This document shows, one piece after another, positions 36,421 to 57,390 of a DNA stretch of 64,000 nt. The position numbers and the translations under genes were made by a program. The first letter of the stretch is position 1; each line of letters starts with the position of its first letter. The stretch is from Ptychomitrium polyphyllum (Eukaryota): NCBI GenBank assembly GCA_973851085.1, contig OZ316776.1, positions 5,704,001-5,768,000 of the forward strand, read 5' to 3'. The notes beneath the pieces were generated by a model. That model was not told the DNA's origin. It saw nothing but the letters and a program-made list of their open reading frames with translations, and searched no databases.

Positions 36421-38668
36421 TCTGACAACACTCACTGGTCCACTACACTTGTTGAATCACTCTCAATTCCTGCTCGCACATACTCTTGACAATTCAACTC
36501 ATGATATTGTATCTACTGGATTCGCCGCTCCCGTCGACAATTACCGAGAGGTGATGATCTTCTTCTGAAACATCATAACCCCAAGCCTGACATCTTGAAG
36601 TGATCTGCACTTCCTGTAAACCTTCCAATGTGTTTGAAAGGTCTCGGAACGCCAAACCCCGACAATGAAAACGTCTCCTCTGAACGTCACTCTCGTCGCT
36701 CGTCAGTAGGCGGTCAATCCAACACATAAGGACTCCATATTAGGGTCCTACAAGCATACTAAAATACTTGTAGAGGTAGAATCACTTGGGGTGGACACCA
36801 CTCAAACTCTTCAAACCTTCCAAAGGAATTCTACTGTTGATCTTTAAAATATTACCTCATTCGACACTACCAACTCACTGCGAGGTCAACACACACTCCT
36901 CTTTCACTAGGAAGGCCCCAATACTAGAATACTATACCAACAGAAAATGACAGGCAGTAGTAAAGTATTATCCGGATGACGAAACGTGCACCGGGCCCCC
37001 CACTCTCTTCGTCGGCTGACGCAGATTCCGCTTCCAGAAGAAGTGCAGAACGAGCACAGGAAGCAACGCCCTCGCTTCTATGGGGCGGGGTTTACTTGTC
37101 ACCCCTGTAAGTGAACAGAATCAGTATTCTGTAATGCAGAGCTCATCCGAAGAGCAGGGTCAACCATAGAGGAGCTTGTGAGTCACGAGTTTGGTGCAAG
37201 GAGTCCCCTGCTCCACGTTGAGTATTTCCTATGCAACTCTGAACTATTCTGAGATTATTTTGGGAGACTTGGCACAAACTGCGCAGACAACCTCAAGATC
37301 ATCATACTCTTAGGTCCAGGTTCAGATTTCCAAGAATGCGTGTCATGCATCAACGTACTCACGAGGTTTGTTTCGTTCTCTCGATTCTGGAACTGGATTC
37401 ATCCACGGCAGAAATCGGAGAAGGCATTCTTCCGTTGACATAAAATCAAAAAGAAAAGAACTCAGAGAATGTAAATTAAGTTGGAACTTTTCTGTTTTAC
37501 AGTGAAATGACGAGTCCATTTTCATCCAAAAGAAAACAATACTGTTCAACAGAATAAGTTACAACAACGAAAAGGAGGGAGTTTTAGTAGACAAGTTTCC
37601 AATCACGTGAAGATATCGTGATAGATTTTCAGGCTCCCATTGTTGTGGACAAAAGCTTCATTCTAGAATTTACCGACGATGGAAGTCCTTTTTCTTTTGA
37701 CAGCTTGTTCAGAAGGATGGATCAGTTCCCTTCTCTAGAAACTGCCACGAGGCCATAAGATGCCAAGGACTGCTCTAAGTTACCATTGGCACTCCGGATT
37801 TGTGGCAGCACTTACGATTTTCTAAATTACGAGAAGGAAACTCTACGCGAAAGCTCGTTGGAACCTGACTATAGCCAAGTGTACAATAGCATCGTATACC
37901 TTACACTTATTTAATGATTAATGCAAGGTTCGAAGCAAGAACGAATCTCAGTACTTTAGCCTTTATGTTTCTTTCGATTTTGAAACGTGTCCCGCAGATG
38001 TGTCAAGCAGATCAAATGTCTGCACACGAAGAAAAATTAACTCAATGGCAGTTCTCTTGTATGAAAAGCAGAGCCAGCAAGCACTTCATGGCTAATTCTG
38101 TTTCCGTGTGTCCTATGATTTCGCGTGAGAAAGTAAGAGAACGTTCAGCCACACTACAGGCCCAGGCCTGCATGGAGAAAATTCGGGTGGTGCACCTGTA
38201 AGTGAACAACAAGCTAACCCAAAAGGCTGACGTTGAAGGACAAGCTTGAGTAGGCAATAGATAAACCTTCACACAAGTTTATAGTTCACAATAAAAGTTC
38301 CATGGAATCCGGTATCTTTTCTATATCGTCAATTGAAACATAAATAAATGAACTACACACAAGATGTGCCAAAGAAACTTGAGTGTCCTTTATAACAGCC
38401 TCGTGATGATTCTTGAACTTGTATTTCAGAGTTCAATTTCTCTTGAAAACTCCTTTTGTACAGTTGCTATCCTATTCTTGTGATTTAATACGGTACAGAT
38501 CTGAAAGGCTTGAACTTAAATTGCCGAAGACCAATATTCAACCTTGGAACTAGCTGATGAGGACTTCGAATCAGAGTCCGTCGACTCTTTAGCCTCTCAA
38601 TGGCATGCTCCGATATGCTTTTGCACATCAGTAGAATGGAAATAGCGTGACAGAATGTATGGATCAGT

Positions 38669-41600
38669 TTATGATTCTGGTGGTGGAAGCACGGCTTTTT
38701 GCATTTCCAAGTTAGAGATACGAACGGTTCCCAAAAGTTTCTCTGGCAGCTCCTCTTCTGTGTTCGCCTGCAAAATACCAATGTCAAAATCACACAGATG
38801 TTACGATGACTTTGAGAGAGGTCCTACCTCAAAAAATTTAAAAATAATCCAGTCTACGAGGTTGCTATAAAGGACATTCAAGTTTCTTAGTGAAAAGGAA
38901 CAACTCAGAAAGAAAAAATCTGGATGAATGTCAGACGATATTTGAAAACAGTAGTGTTATCAGAAATCACATAGAATACAAATACTAAAAGAATATTTCA
39001 ATCGCAGTATCGTGATAATGGACAAGGACTGGAAATCAGACATACCTGGATGAGAAAGGCCATCTCCAAAACCAACTTCGTAACATAACCAATTACAAGA
39101 TTAACTACTCCTTTCGCAACCGATGATGACCCAATATCGATGTCCAACTGCAAAAATCAGTGCCATCAATGTTTCTATTAATACCATTTCAATAACGTTC
39201 CCAAACAATCTCAAAATTTCCATGAGCGACACTACTTTAACCAGTTATCAAGAGGGGAAATAAGCGATCAAAAGTAAGAATTAAATTCCAGTAAGTACAA
39301 TTTACTACGTCAGCTATCCCTTGAGATCATATCAACCGGTATGAAAAGAACAAGAGTGGTAACCTCCAGGTAGTTGTCGCAGGTGAAGTAGGTGATGTCC
39401 AGAGCTTCTCCCACTAAGCAAGCTGATTTTCCCACACTCTGCTTCACAATCCATGATCCCTGCAACCCAGATAGTCACAGTGGTACTTCAATTCAAATGA
39501 ACTGAGAAACTGGGCGCTCAAGGAAAAGAACGAATTTCTACATGAGACACATGTAACCGTAAAATACAGACGAATAATATTGGTTCAACAGAGAATCATG
39601 TGACTTCTGTAAATTATTCACCCTTTCTTCTGAGTTTAACATAATCTTTGAAGCATTTCAAACATCGTTAGTCCGCCTGAGTATGTTAAGGTGAAAACGA
39701 AAGATCAGGAGAACACAACTTGTTTCTACAAAGCTCAGGCAAGCCACTATTGTTCCTTCTATAAAGGATTTAAATAGTTGCATATAACGAACCTTGGCAA
39801 CATTAGGACAGAGTTTGAAGCGGCTGCTACGGTAGTGATCGTCGCCACGGACAAAGCTTTCGAGGAGTGGGATATCCTGGAGCCGCTTGTTGGTCATATA
39901 GTAAAGAACTAAACTGTACGAAGGTGTACCCGGTACCTGCAACCGCTTTCCAGGTTCAGCCGTATGTTGCATTTCACCACGTTTTCATCACGCATAAAAT
40001 TTGAAGAGATGAGATATTGTAAATTCCATTAATGGGGCGATACAACAGATGAAGAAAGGAGTTACAAGGAAACCAGCGAAGAGGCCATCACCATTCACAA
40101 CTCAAAATCTTCTAACTTGACTCAGACGCAAGTGCACTGATGACTCACTTGAAGATTGATGATCACAAAATATGACTCAGCCACCTTCTGAGCATTCTTC
40201 TGTCATGTCCAGTTCCCCGAAAATGTAAGTAATTACAAGCACAAACTCTCAGGCAAGATACCTCAGAATCTTTACATCATACAGTTGGAGAGCTATGTAG
40301 TAGGAAGGTAGAGTCGAGGTATCGAGTAACTGGACTGCAAAATTCAGGATTCTTACTTCCAGTAGACCAATCCAGAGCCTCTGCAACTAGGGCGTGCCCA
40401 AAAAATTAGGGTGGACTTGGGACCAAATGTTTAAAGCCTAGAGCAGGAGACAAGGTAAAGAGATAAGGACCTGCTTAGCGAAGAGCTTCTGAATAACGCA
40501 TCCGTCACGAGCAGCTATATGATCCTCACGTTTGTTTGATTTGAACCAGTCCGCCGCAACCAGTTGCATCAATGGTGTCCCTGCCTTCACCTGAACATAA
40601 CAGACATAAACACTTCTTAAAATATAGAAACCCGTTCTCCATTAACGTAACATTGTCAAACGAAGGGAAAAATAGCAGAACCAACACAAATTTGTGCCGG
40701 TTACTGAAGCTAGAATCTTCCAATTCGAACTACCTTCTTATTGTCTCTAAGGTAATGTTTTCCGCGGATCAGGAATGTGCCAGGTTCAGCAGCCTCCCAT
40801 GTCATGGTCCCCAACGAGGATTCCCGTTTCATAAACTCCACGTCTGCTTCATCTGTCAGTTCGCTTGGTATATGGCTCTTTGAAAATGAAGGGTGCCTTG
40901 GAGCTGATCAATCCCATAAAACGAGTGTCAATACTTCATGCAATAAAGAGAACGATATGTCCATATTTCAAAAAAAATCATCATCATCCTAGATTATGAA
41001 GATGCTAATAGCGTGATAAACTAACTCAGTTTGAGACCATAATTTGAGCTAGATCACGGTACCTGAAGCAAGGTCCTGAAGGCGCTTAACAATTGTTGCA
41101 GCCTTCGATACAGTGTGTTGGGGACCCTGCACCAGCATATAATTGTTAGAGTAGGCCTCCAAAAACCAGAGGAACAATAAAATGGTCAAAGGTACAAGGT
41201 TATGACAAGAAGCATAGATGTCAACATGAATTTGATAGTCCGTGCAATATTGTAATTTCAATTCACTCATGTCGGCGTTCTAAAACAAAGTTCGATATTC
41301 CTTGCATAATAATTAAATAAACTGCCAACAAAAATTTACTTAAGTGAAGCAAATCATACGTAGTTGCGTGGTTCAGGTTCTTCTTCGTCCATAGATGAAC
41401 CCTCTACTTCATCGGATGACATGAGTTCAGGAGCTTCTCCGCGTTTCCAAGATGTGGGTTCCTCAGCATCAAAAAACTCCTCATCAGCAACCATGAGGAA
41501 TTTACTTTCTGATTCTTGAAGAGTTGGCTGCTTCGATATCCCATCCCGATTCGATGCAATACTTGCATTTTCTAGTTGGGGCTCTGTAACCTCATAAAAA

Positions 41601-44600
41601 ATGTCTCCACTTCTTTTCCGGAGTTCCAACTTTGCGGGAATTATTGGTTTATCCTTCACCTTGTAGAGCTCACGAATCGCTGATAAAAAAGTAAGCAAGC
41701 CAAAGTTAGTAATAATGAAAAAACCTCAACACGAAAATTATGCAACTCCTCACAGACTAAGTATATGTAGAGCATTAGATACATACTTTCCTATACTTCA
41801 ACCCTATTCTTGTTACTTCAAATACTGTAAGATTACCTTTCTTCCTGCATAGATCACTCGAAACAACTTTTGTGTTCCTGGCTGAAAGCACCTCAGAACC
41901 ATCCATCTCTATCCAATACATCACGTGACTTCGCCACAAATGTGGCACAATGGCATTCTCAGTTACCGTTTGTCAAGAACGGTCTTCTACTTCTGAACGT
42001 GTAATTTCAGTCATCGAGACACATTGCAAACTGGTGTGTTTTGTGGGTTCCAGTTATTCTCTATCCAAAGATTGGACAGGCAGAAGCATTTTACCTGCAA
42101 TACGTTCGAGCATGATAAGTGTCATGTCGCGATTGCGGGACTTCATCCAAAAACTCTTCCAGTCTCTCCAGTCCACTTTCATTATATGCTTCACCATGCA
42201 CCGCTTAACATCCCCATTTCTCCCCTTCAGAGGTGATAATATGTAGCCCCCACCTTCACAAACAGAAAATGCACATCACCCTACTGTAGCCTCTCCAGTA
42301 AAAATAAGCACCCATTTGATGACTGATAAGTCCTCAAGAATAACAATTTCCAATTCTCTAATAGAAAAGCACATTTTTTGAAAGCTAGTTCATAATTTAT
42401 CTCTAAGATTCTTTTTAAAGAATACGAGCAGAAACATACATGCTTGGAATGCAACAAACATAAAACCTGAAGTGACTTGAGAATTTAATAAATGCCATGT
42501 CCACCATGTAAAGATGGCATTTAAAACAAGATGAGCTTCATGAACTCACTTTGTAACGAAGCTCGTACGAATCTCTTGCTGGGAGGACACTTTTCATGCT
42601 TAGTGGAGCTGTAAAGTATCACTGTCAAACAGTTGGGAAATATGGAATTTTGTCAAAAAGCGTAAGATGCAAGTATCTCAAAACATGGGGCATCATGCAA
42701 AAACTTTCAATCATAAGAACATTAATCTTCACACATACCAAAATTCACTCTATGATTACTTTAATTAAAAAGGAGTTTTCCACTTAGACTCCTATCTAAA
42801 CTACCGTAAAAGGTTCCTGAAAAACACACCGTAGGTGCCGTCATCATCACGCCGCCAGTAGCGCTGGAACACCAAATCCCTAGGCTTCATGCCCCTGCAC
42901 TACTCCCAAGACATTTAAAACAATTTACCATGTACACAACAGCAATAATATATTGATTGAAGATCCCTAAGTCATTCCTAGTGACTGCTGTTTAGTTTCG
43001 GTAATCACGCATCGTTCCAAGACCCTACACACTACATCTAGTGTATATAACCAAATGACCTACCATGGAAGCCACTTAGAATGAAACTGTTTGTGAACAA
43101 TGTCCATATGCCCGTTCACATGCTCTATGACCCGACCTTGGTGGAAGCAGAAATCCCACCTGCACAAGAGATCATATCCCCATTTAAAGATCCACCCGTT
43201 GTATTCTACATATGATACAGTACTAAATGCGTGACACACATAAATGTAAAACGAGTTTAACTGCCAGATTCAAATTAATCAAGCGTTGACAGTTGCACTT
43301 CTGGCATCTTAAACAGACCCAATTACACGAAGGAGGTCGCAACCTTTTGAAATGTATTTCTACATATATTTTATCCCAAACAAGCTATCTATAAGCCATA
43401 AATCCAAACTTTTTGTAAACCATCAACTACATAATTTTGAGTATAAATTGATACAGCAATTGTGAAAAGTTCCGTCAAAACAAACCAATCGTTCCAACAA
43501 GATAAGAAATATTAAATCGCTGAGTAGTTCACATAACAACTACATCTGCATAACATCTCCAAAATCACACAAACAGAAGCCGAAGAATACAGTGCATTAT
43601 ATACATGAAAAAATTGCTAAAGACTTACTCAGCCCGAGAAGGCCCCAAGGCCATGATTGTATCGAAGACATTTGCAGGGCTCGCATTCACAACACCCACT
43701 GCCATCAGTGTTGGAGAATCATACCCACGGATCTGTTACATACATGAGCACGTCGTGAGTATAAAGCTGTGCCAAATTCCACATATTAGTAAAGAGCATA
43801 TAAGGAAGCGCTCAAAAGTGGCGGTTTGATCTCAGGTGCATAACCAAGTGAACAGGCCGACTTATACCGTACTATTCCCTCAGTGAAGAAATTTGATAAA
43901 GTTATAAAATAATGCAACCAACTCCACGTATTCGCACGTTAAAATCAAAAACAGTTACATTCTCAAGGATAAGGTGATTAAGAGATATCCCGTACTAGTA
44001 TAAACCGACGAGCCAGAATTAGCAATTACCTTTTCTAGAAGACCCTCGTCATTGTCAGATGTTTCTTGAAAGAAACGTAGTCCTGAATCACCAATAAACT
44101 TGCATAAATTGAGGTACAACATTGTCAAAACTGTGAATCCCCTTATACTCATCCTCAAAAGAAAAGGTCATTTAGAATAAGTAGATAAACGGAGGAAAAT
44201 CTACACACCATTTTTGCACCCAAAAATGTGCCACGGAGACGTCGCAATAACATCAGGTGATGCGTCTTTGGCTAGTAATGCACCAGTCCAAGTCGGCAAA
44301 TCTGCATCGCCGAATTATTTCTTTAAATGAATATCGTATCTAAGTTCTTCAGGCTAGAAACTGTATTTGGATGAGACGTTCTCTTACATCACCAGCACAA
44401 CTAGTTTTTAATCATCAAAGGATCAAGCTAAATTACCATTCATTTTTTTTATTGACTTGCCGATGTTGAAAACTCTTCATAAAAAAACGATAGAGCAGAA
44501 TCAAAAAATTCAATAATTGTTACTTGTCTGAGGCAGTAAGTCTCAGACCTGCTTGAAGTGACTCCTCTCGGGCCAAGAAATTATCCGGACCTCCAGACAC

Positions 44601-46747
44601 ATCCCGAATAAGCCCACTCCCTCTCCTCCCTGAGCGCCTGTAATGCCACCCAAGAAATTTGAACAAGTCATAAGTAACGTGCATACTCCAACACACCGTC
44701 CAAAAAGGATGTATAGGATAAAAATGTATATAATGTCCATCAACTGAGCAAGCCATTTTAAACGTATGTTCCCGACGAGACTTTGAACATACATAGCTCA
44801 CATTTTTGAACAGTTTGATGATAAAAGAGTCTCTACGTTATAACATAGTAGAGACCCTATTGAAATTTTATAAATAGTCAAGAGACAGCGTGGTTTGTAG
44901 TCAAGAAACACACAAGCAGGTTGCTGTGATATAATCTCGCATGGTCAGACCTGAGATTTGGAAGATTTGGAAGACGCCTACGTCCTTGAGCCGCTGGAAG
45001 GAAAGTTTTATTAGTACCAGGAGGCTGTGCCTGCACAAGATCTGTAAATTCAGTAAATATACATACAATGCCAGAAAAATCGGTAATCGCATCAGTAATT
45101 ATGGTGAGGAGATACAATATACTTGATAATCCAGTTTGCAAATATAGACGTAACAATAAACAAACCTGCGAATGTAATCATCTCCGTAGTTGATAAAATT
45201 AATCTCTCATATCACAATGAGAAAAACCTAGTATTTGAAAACTCCAAATACAGTTTGTTTACATAGAAAGCATTTCTCTTAGAGGCATTTTCTTCGAGTA
45301 GCTTGAGCGAGATTATACATCACAAAGATCCTCACATTTAACGTCGGACCTGGTCGCAATCAATCTCAAAGGTCATTTAGTCAGAGTTTGTACCCTTTCC
45401 GCAGCTTCCCTGAATGCTTTCATCCATTTTGCAGCATCCTCGGCATTCTGAACTCCGAACTGCACACAACACGACTACCATGTGAATCCAGGTAGAGTGC
45501 CATAACAAGTCATGCAAATAGAGAAGTGGCCAAGGTCTTGACTAAAGTCTTCGGCACACTACCTATGCTGTAAACATAGCCGCACGATTCCATTCCTTCT
45601 TGAAAGCCTATTCAGGGATGCTCAAAAATTTCAAAATACTCTACAACCATGAGAAAGTGGGAATGTTGTAAAGTAGGCAAGCTGGAAAGCATCAATGGAT
45701 AAAAATCAATCTTCTTACTCGAAGTTTGGCTTCAGGAGCATAGGAGTCGTACAAGGAAAATGCAAAGAAAACCTGCACACAGAAGTCCAGTGAATAAAAC
45801 GAATTGAGGCACAAGAATTTTAAAATTTTAAACAATATTTACAAGTCTGCAGAGAATCTCGAAACCAAATATGGCATTGCCCTTCATGGTTCTCGTGAGT
45901 AGGAAAAAGCTTGCAATAGGCTTACTCGGCCATGAACAGTTTCGCGACCATGGTCAGTGACTCGTATGCCAGAATCGACAATGCCCGATCTCACTGGAAT
46001 CTGCAAAAAACATACATTCCACTCCATTCTTTTTATTATCAATGTAGTTCACAAACTAAATACTAACGTACAAATTACAACTAAAATTAAACCACATTCG
46101 CGAGGAGTGCTATAGATGCGATATGAATAATTAAATTGAAGAGCCAATCAAATTACGCTTCAGTTCAAATTGGTCAAGTAAGAAGATGCAATCTAATATG
46201 AACCAATCTAACTAGTACTCAAGTTAGTTCAAATTATATAAAAACCGACTAAATTACTCTTCAAAACACTACTCTTCAAATTACGTTAAAGGAATTGGGC
46301 GGGGTCAGAGGCCTTCTCACAAAGTTGTAGGCTCCTTCTAACACAGTAAAACTATGTCCATAGAATATATATATTTGGAATCACAAAGTTCAATCATACA
46401 GAACACAATTTCATATCACATTAGCGTACAGTAATAAATAAATAAGAACAACCCGTTCCGAACAAGGATGATGTAGCATAAGTGGATTGATATCCTAATT
46501 TTAATCCACTCACTCGTGATCGTTAATCTCCAAATAGATGCCACCCTCAAACGTAACCTCTACGCAAAGGTGAGGAACGAAAAAAATCAAGAGGTACCTC
46601 ATCAGTAGCTCTGGATTTGTCCTTGAAAGAGCTCGCTCGATTTCCAACAATAACCAAGTATCGTTTGCGCGGATGGTTCAATCGCAGTTTACTAGAGCTC
46701 AAATAATACACCCAACCCTCCATTCTCGCCCCACCACTATCCCCCAT
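38669..46747 (-). CDS. EDR2L: ENHANCED DISEASE RESISTANCE 2-like lipid-binding protein (PH + START + DUF1336/EDR2_C), 773 aa
   Basis: 22 phase-consistent GT-AG exons (2322 nt): 46747-46598, 46000-45926, 45772-45719, 45459-45394, 45030-44951, 44637-44549, 44301-44209, 44082-44030, 43732-43629, 43159-43064, 42894-42830, 42621-42550, 42253-42095, 41679-41360, 41126-41063, 40903-40734, 40590-40471, 40199-40149, 39936-39793, 39459-39364, 39147-39046, 38767-38669. Motifs MEGWVY (PH), RYWRRDDDGTY (START), FLIRGKHYL, GSWIVKQSVG, LDIDIGSS, ELPEKLLG (EDR2_C). Confidence 0.95.
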
Positions 46748-47047
46748 ACCTTCTCCCTCCAAATCCGGCTTTTAAAAACCCTTTTACCTGTTCAACAGAT
46801 TCATCATCCTCATTAGTTCTCCCTCTCATTCCGTGAGCCTACTCATAGGTTCAGGACCAGTCTTCAATGGAAACTGCAATCTCTTAGGTTTTCATAATCA
46901 TTAACGAATTTCCATCATCAGCATTAACGATTCTCCCGAGATAACTCGCCAAGAATTAAACAATGCTGTAACCAACGAAACAGAAACCGCTAGATATTGC
47001 CACATACGTCCAGAACCACAACAAAAATCACTAGATGAGGTTCCTTA

Positions 47048-47531
47048 CACAACCAAAACTAAAAATATGTCACAAAAAACTATCTATTAAATGTGCAAAC
47101 ACTCTCCCTTGAAAATCTAGAAAAGAAAGAAAGTCCAAGGAACAGATGATTGCAAAGAACACAATCAAATGCGAAGCCATCAATGCGAGCGCCATAAGAG
47201 CAACCGACAGCATCCACTTCAAAAAAGATCAAAATAATAGCGGAAATCCGAAAACGGTCAGGGAGAAGCAGAATGCGTAGGCAGAAAAGGATCGAGCATA
47301 GAAACAGCGAGAACCAGTGGACGATGCAATTTCCACAACCAAAACTAAAAATATCTTTACAAAAACCTACAGCATCAACCAAAGGCAACAACAGTTTGTC
47401 GTCAAATTCTGGAAAAAAGGAAAGAAATATATAAGCAACACACGTTCGCAACAACAGAATCAAATGCGAAGCCATGCATCAACGCAAGCACCAATACAAG
47501 AGAAGCAAGAACGACAGCATCCACTTCAAAG
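47048..47531. repeat. Diverged ~290-bp-period duplication in the probable 5'-UTR intron of the EDR2-like gene
   Basis: CACAACCAAAACTAAAAATAT at ~47048 and ~47334; AATCAAATGCGAAGCCAT..GACAGCATCCACTTCAAA at ~47163 and ~47458. Confidence 0.75.
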
Positions 47532-50403
47532 AACATCAACAGAAACCACCATTAGTTATGCACACCTCTAGGCCTAGTGCGGAGCCTGCCTAGCCAGAAG
47601 CACGTCGAACTTGTCGCAACCAAAACGAATCCCTTCAGCTAGAACGCTAGGATTCCTCCTCCAATGAACGATTCTAGAATCTCTCCCCGCGCACTCAAGA
47701 GACGCAGAAACCGCTCTCACTCTCCTGAAACCGCAGAAAAAAGGAGAGAATGAGATCGCAACAAGTGAGAGAAAATGCGCAGCCAATAAGCCAATGCAAG
47801 AGCCAGAGAGAGAGAGACAGAGACAGGGACAGAAAGACAGAAAGAAGTCAAACCGAAACGAGATGAAGCTAGAAACCAGGACGGCAACAGCGGAAGGGAC
47901 GGAGTGCACCTGGAGCGTGGCAGGAGAAAGAGCGCTAGGGTATGGAATCCATGGAGGCAGAGCGCAGCAGCGAGGGAGAAGCGAGCGCCGCGCCACACCT
48001 GGCGAGGAACATTGTGTACGCCGGGTGGACCACTGCTTGTTGGTGCACCGGGTGCGAGAGAGCGCGACTCTGTGTGTGTGTGCGTGTGGCCATTTTCGCG
48101 GTGGTGACAAGTGGGCTTCTTCCATGTGGAGCGCGGCCACGGGGCGCCGTTCGATACGTGTCGTGCGCAGACGGGTTTTCGGAGCATGTGGTGGGTCCCA
48201 GAGTCTCGCTCCAGGAGGCCTGCTTTTCGTTTTGATCATCCGTAGGTGTCGGGCGTGTCAGGTGCGTCTCACCGTGGAATCTCGCTCTGCACCTGCTGTG
48301 GTGCCAATGATGCCGGAAATGCTGTGATTTTGGGGGACGGGCCTAGTTCGACACCGAGTTTGTCAATAAGACATCTAAGTTTCGATGTTGATGGAGTCGA
48401 ATTTGATCTAGCAGCTACGGTGAGCGGTCTTTCAACCCACAGCTCTGTAGGTGGTCATTCGAGTAACAAGGGCAGATTAAGCAATGAGAACCTTCCTTCG
48501 ATTGCACACAAGCATCACCTACTTGATGGTTCTGGGATATTCTGTACTTTTAAACTTATTCCTTCCTTTCAGCTTTATTTCAACAAGTGCCGCTTTTGCA
48601 ACAAATGGCCCATAATTTGTCCCATATCTGAGTTATGTCCATATGACTACCTGAGAAAAAACTGGAGAGCAATAAACCCTTGATCTTCCAAATCCCCCCT
48701 TAAGAACCAAGGCATATGTAATTATATACTCACTTTTAACCAACATCGGAGTTCATGACTTGGCATCTACCTTCTACAAACACATCAAATATATATTTCA
48801 ACAAATTTTAATGTACTCACACTATTTAGTACCTTGGCGATTTAATTTTTCACTATAATTACTTATATAGTTATTTTTTGTATAGTGTCTATTTCCATGT
48901 AAACAAAAGTGGTTCTACACCACTATTGTACATACTATAGTTTCTTTGGAAATTGAAAATCTTATTTTCATCTTCTTACATAAGCATTAAGCTCCAAAAG
49001 AATGTCTTTTCTTTTTCATTAAAATTTAACAATTTAAAGGTGGTTTACCTTGAAGGTATTAATTTATAAATAATATGTTTTTAAATGATTGAATCTTAAA
49101 AGAGTTGTTTTTCTTTCATCCATTGCATAATTTCAACAAAAACAATTGGACTAAATTCTAACATGGTTTTAGTTATTGTAATAAAAATAATGACTTGATA
49201 CAAAGATTGTGAAGATTTGGCTAACCTTTTAGTACATCATAATATAATTTTACACATTGTGTGTTTTGTAAAAATGTGCGCCATTTTAATATATTGTAGG
49301 ACTATTTTAGGTCACATTAATGTTTTCTACTAAATTTTCTTATATCAGTTTATTATTAAGAGGATGTTCAACAATATTTTCAATAATAATTATTTTGTAG
49401 GAGTAAGTTTGGAAATAGGATTTTAGCTTCGAGTGCCACTAACCAAATTCTAGAATCATCTAGTAATATTAAAACATTATGAATTTAAAATGTGTGGATT
49501 TGTAACTCCAAATTTGATTTGCATCATCTTCAATAGCTATCTTTTACTTATCTATATAATAATTTAAAATTAATATATCTTTAAAATTTAAAAAAAGTGT
49601 GAAAACAATTAAACTTCATTATTGAATTTTATGATTTTACACTTTTTTATTATTATGGCACAATCTATGATTTTATTTTACAAATTTTACAAATTCTACA
49701 ATGTACAAGTACTTCACAAATAGATTTGTTTAATTTCTTAGGTAAAGTAAAGGGAAGCGCTTATGAAAACCCACCGCTACGCCCAAAGTCAACATTTCCA
49801 ACCCACGGAGTACATTCCAAGTCATGAAATCCACAAACCGCGGAAATAAGGCCAAATCTGTGGCCAGGGACAGCTCATCAAAACCCAAAACCAACATGTC
49901 CTGCGCAGTATGAAGCTACAGCTACCGAGGGAACGGGGAGAGAACGCAGAGAACGTCCATGGTGGGGCACGACGCAAGAGGAAAGGAAAAGAACTCGATG
50001 GTGCAACTCACAGCAGGGGGCCGAACGGGGCCGGGTTCGCCAATGGGGACGCAGAGCGTTGTGGCGACTTACGGCTTGGCAGTGCAAGTGCAGTGCAAGC
50101 TCACTCGCTTGAGGTGCGCTCCGCTCCCGCTGGCGCGAGGGTTCTGTCGCCGCTTTCTTGCTTGGCCACTTCTTTACGCTTCCCTTGGTTCTGTAAAGGT
50201 TTTCCTAGGGCGCGTGACTTTCATGGTAGGAATTGGCAATGCTGTCTCGACGTAACATAGCGCTTCTTGTTCTAGTTTGACTCTTGCAGTTGTCAGGAAT
50301 TTTTCTTTCTTGGAGCGTGAGGAGTTTCGGTTGTGTTGCCATTGAGATTGTTGTTCTGAGATCCGTGAGGAGTGGATTTGTTGACGGCATTGAGGTGTCA
50401 ATG

Positions 50404-50450
50404 CCTACGGCTTGAGTTCGTGCCTACGAACCTACGGCTTGAGTTCGTGC
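50404..50450. repeat. 20-bp direct repeat in the MIRO leader region
   Basis: CCTACGGCTTGAGTTCGTGC at 50404-50423 and 50431-50450. Confidence 0.85.
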
Positions 50451-51413
50451 TCTGGCGCTAGAGTTCTTTGTTGGATCGGCGTGTTTTGTCGTATGGAGGC
50501 GAATGGAGCGTGAGCCGTGATGCTAGCTGGTTTGCTGGCTTTGGTGTACGTCGCCATTGTTTAATTCGACTAGGAAAGAGGGAGGGAGGAAACGGGGAGG
50601 ATTGTTTTTTTCGTGATTGTAAGGATGCTGGAAGGCTGTTGTTCATTAGATCTGAGTGAGAGACAACGAGTGGAAGGATTTTTTATCTTATTTGTGTGAC
50701 GCGGTTCAGGAGGTTTTTAATGCTGCTCTACGAGTTAGATTTTCGTGCATTTTCTGCAGGTTTCTTGAATTCAATCTGTAGATGCTTCTTTGGTTTTAGG
50801 TCCGAGACTGTTGGAAGTCAACTTAGGGGTTAGTTATGTGGAAGTGAACTACAGCATTTCTTTAATATTTCAACAACGAATATGAGCAGGAATAGCTGAT
50901 TCACATGATTCGTCATGTTGCGTGTTAACGGGTTTTTTGAGTTGTGAAACTTATTCATCGGAATTTTCATGCTTGTTCACGTTGTACCTGTGACGTTTCT
51001 CTACTTTAGCTTTTTTGCGTCTGTGACCGCAATAGTTTCTTGACAAATTCTAGATTGTCACTGCAGAGGGTTTAAAGTGAAGAACGTTTCTAGGGTATGA
51101 AGACCACGTTTGGGCTGTAATTTTTGGAAACGTCATCAACATTGATCAACGAATTTGAAATCCCGTGCGTACTGGCCGCTACTTATTATTTCTGCTCTCT
51201 GAATTGGAAACGTATTCAAGTTTAAACTCGTTCTAGACATACTGCAGAGTGGACGAGAGCTTCACCGGAGGCCATTTGTTCTTTGTTTTTACCGTAGAGT
51301 TTATGTCCTTCCTTTTCAGCTTGTGTCTGCACTTCAGGTCGTGTGTTTAAGAGCTTTGGTGCTCCTAGAAGTTCAGTACTCAAAGGATTCTGTGAGCATC
51401 TTTGTCAGTAGCG

Positions 51414-57390
<5,977 letters not shown>

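Noticed and set aside
35369..36568. Plus-strand ORFs of 226, 158 and 91 aa
   Set aside because: Antisense shadows of the 584-aa minus-strand gene.
44524..44548. Longer EDR2-like exon 6 ending at the GTAAC donor
   Set aside because: Gives phase 2 where the next exon needs phase 1. The donor at 44548 fits.
47574..48327. Overlapping 150-220-aa ORFs on both strands
   Set aside because: GC-rich promoter and leader of the EDR2-like gene with GA and TG microsatellites. Low-complexity translations with no domain.
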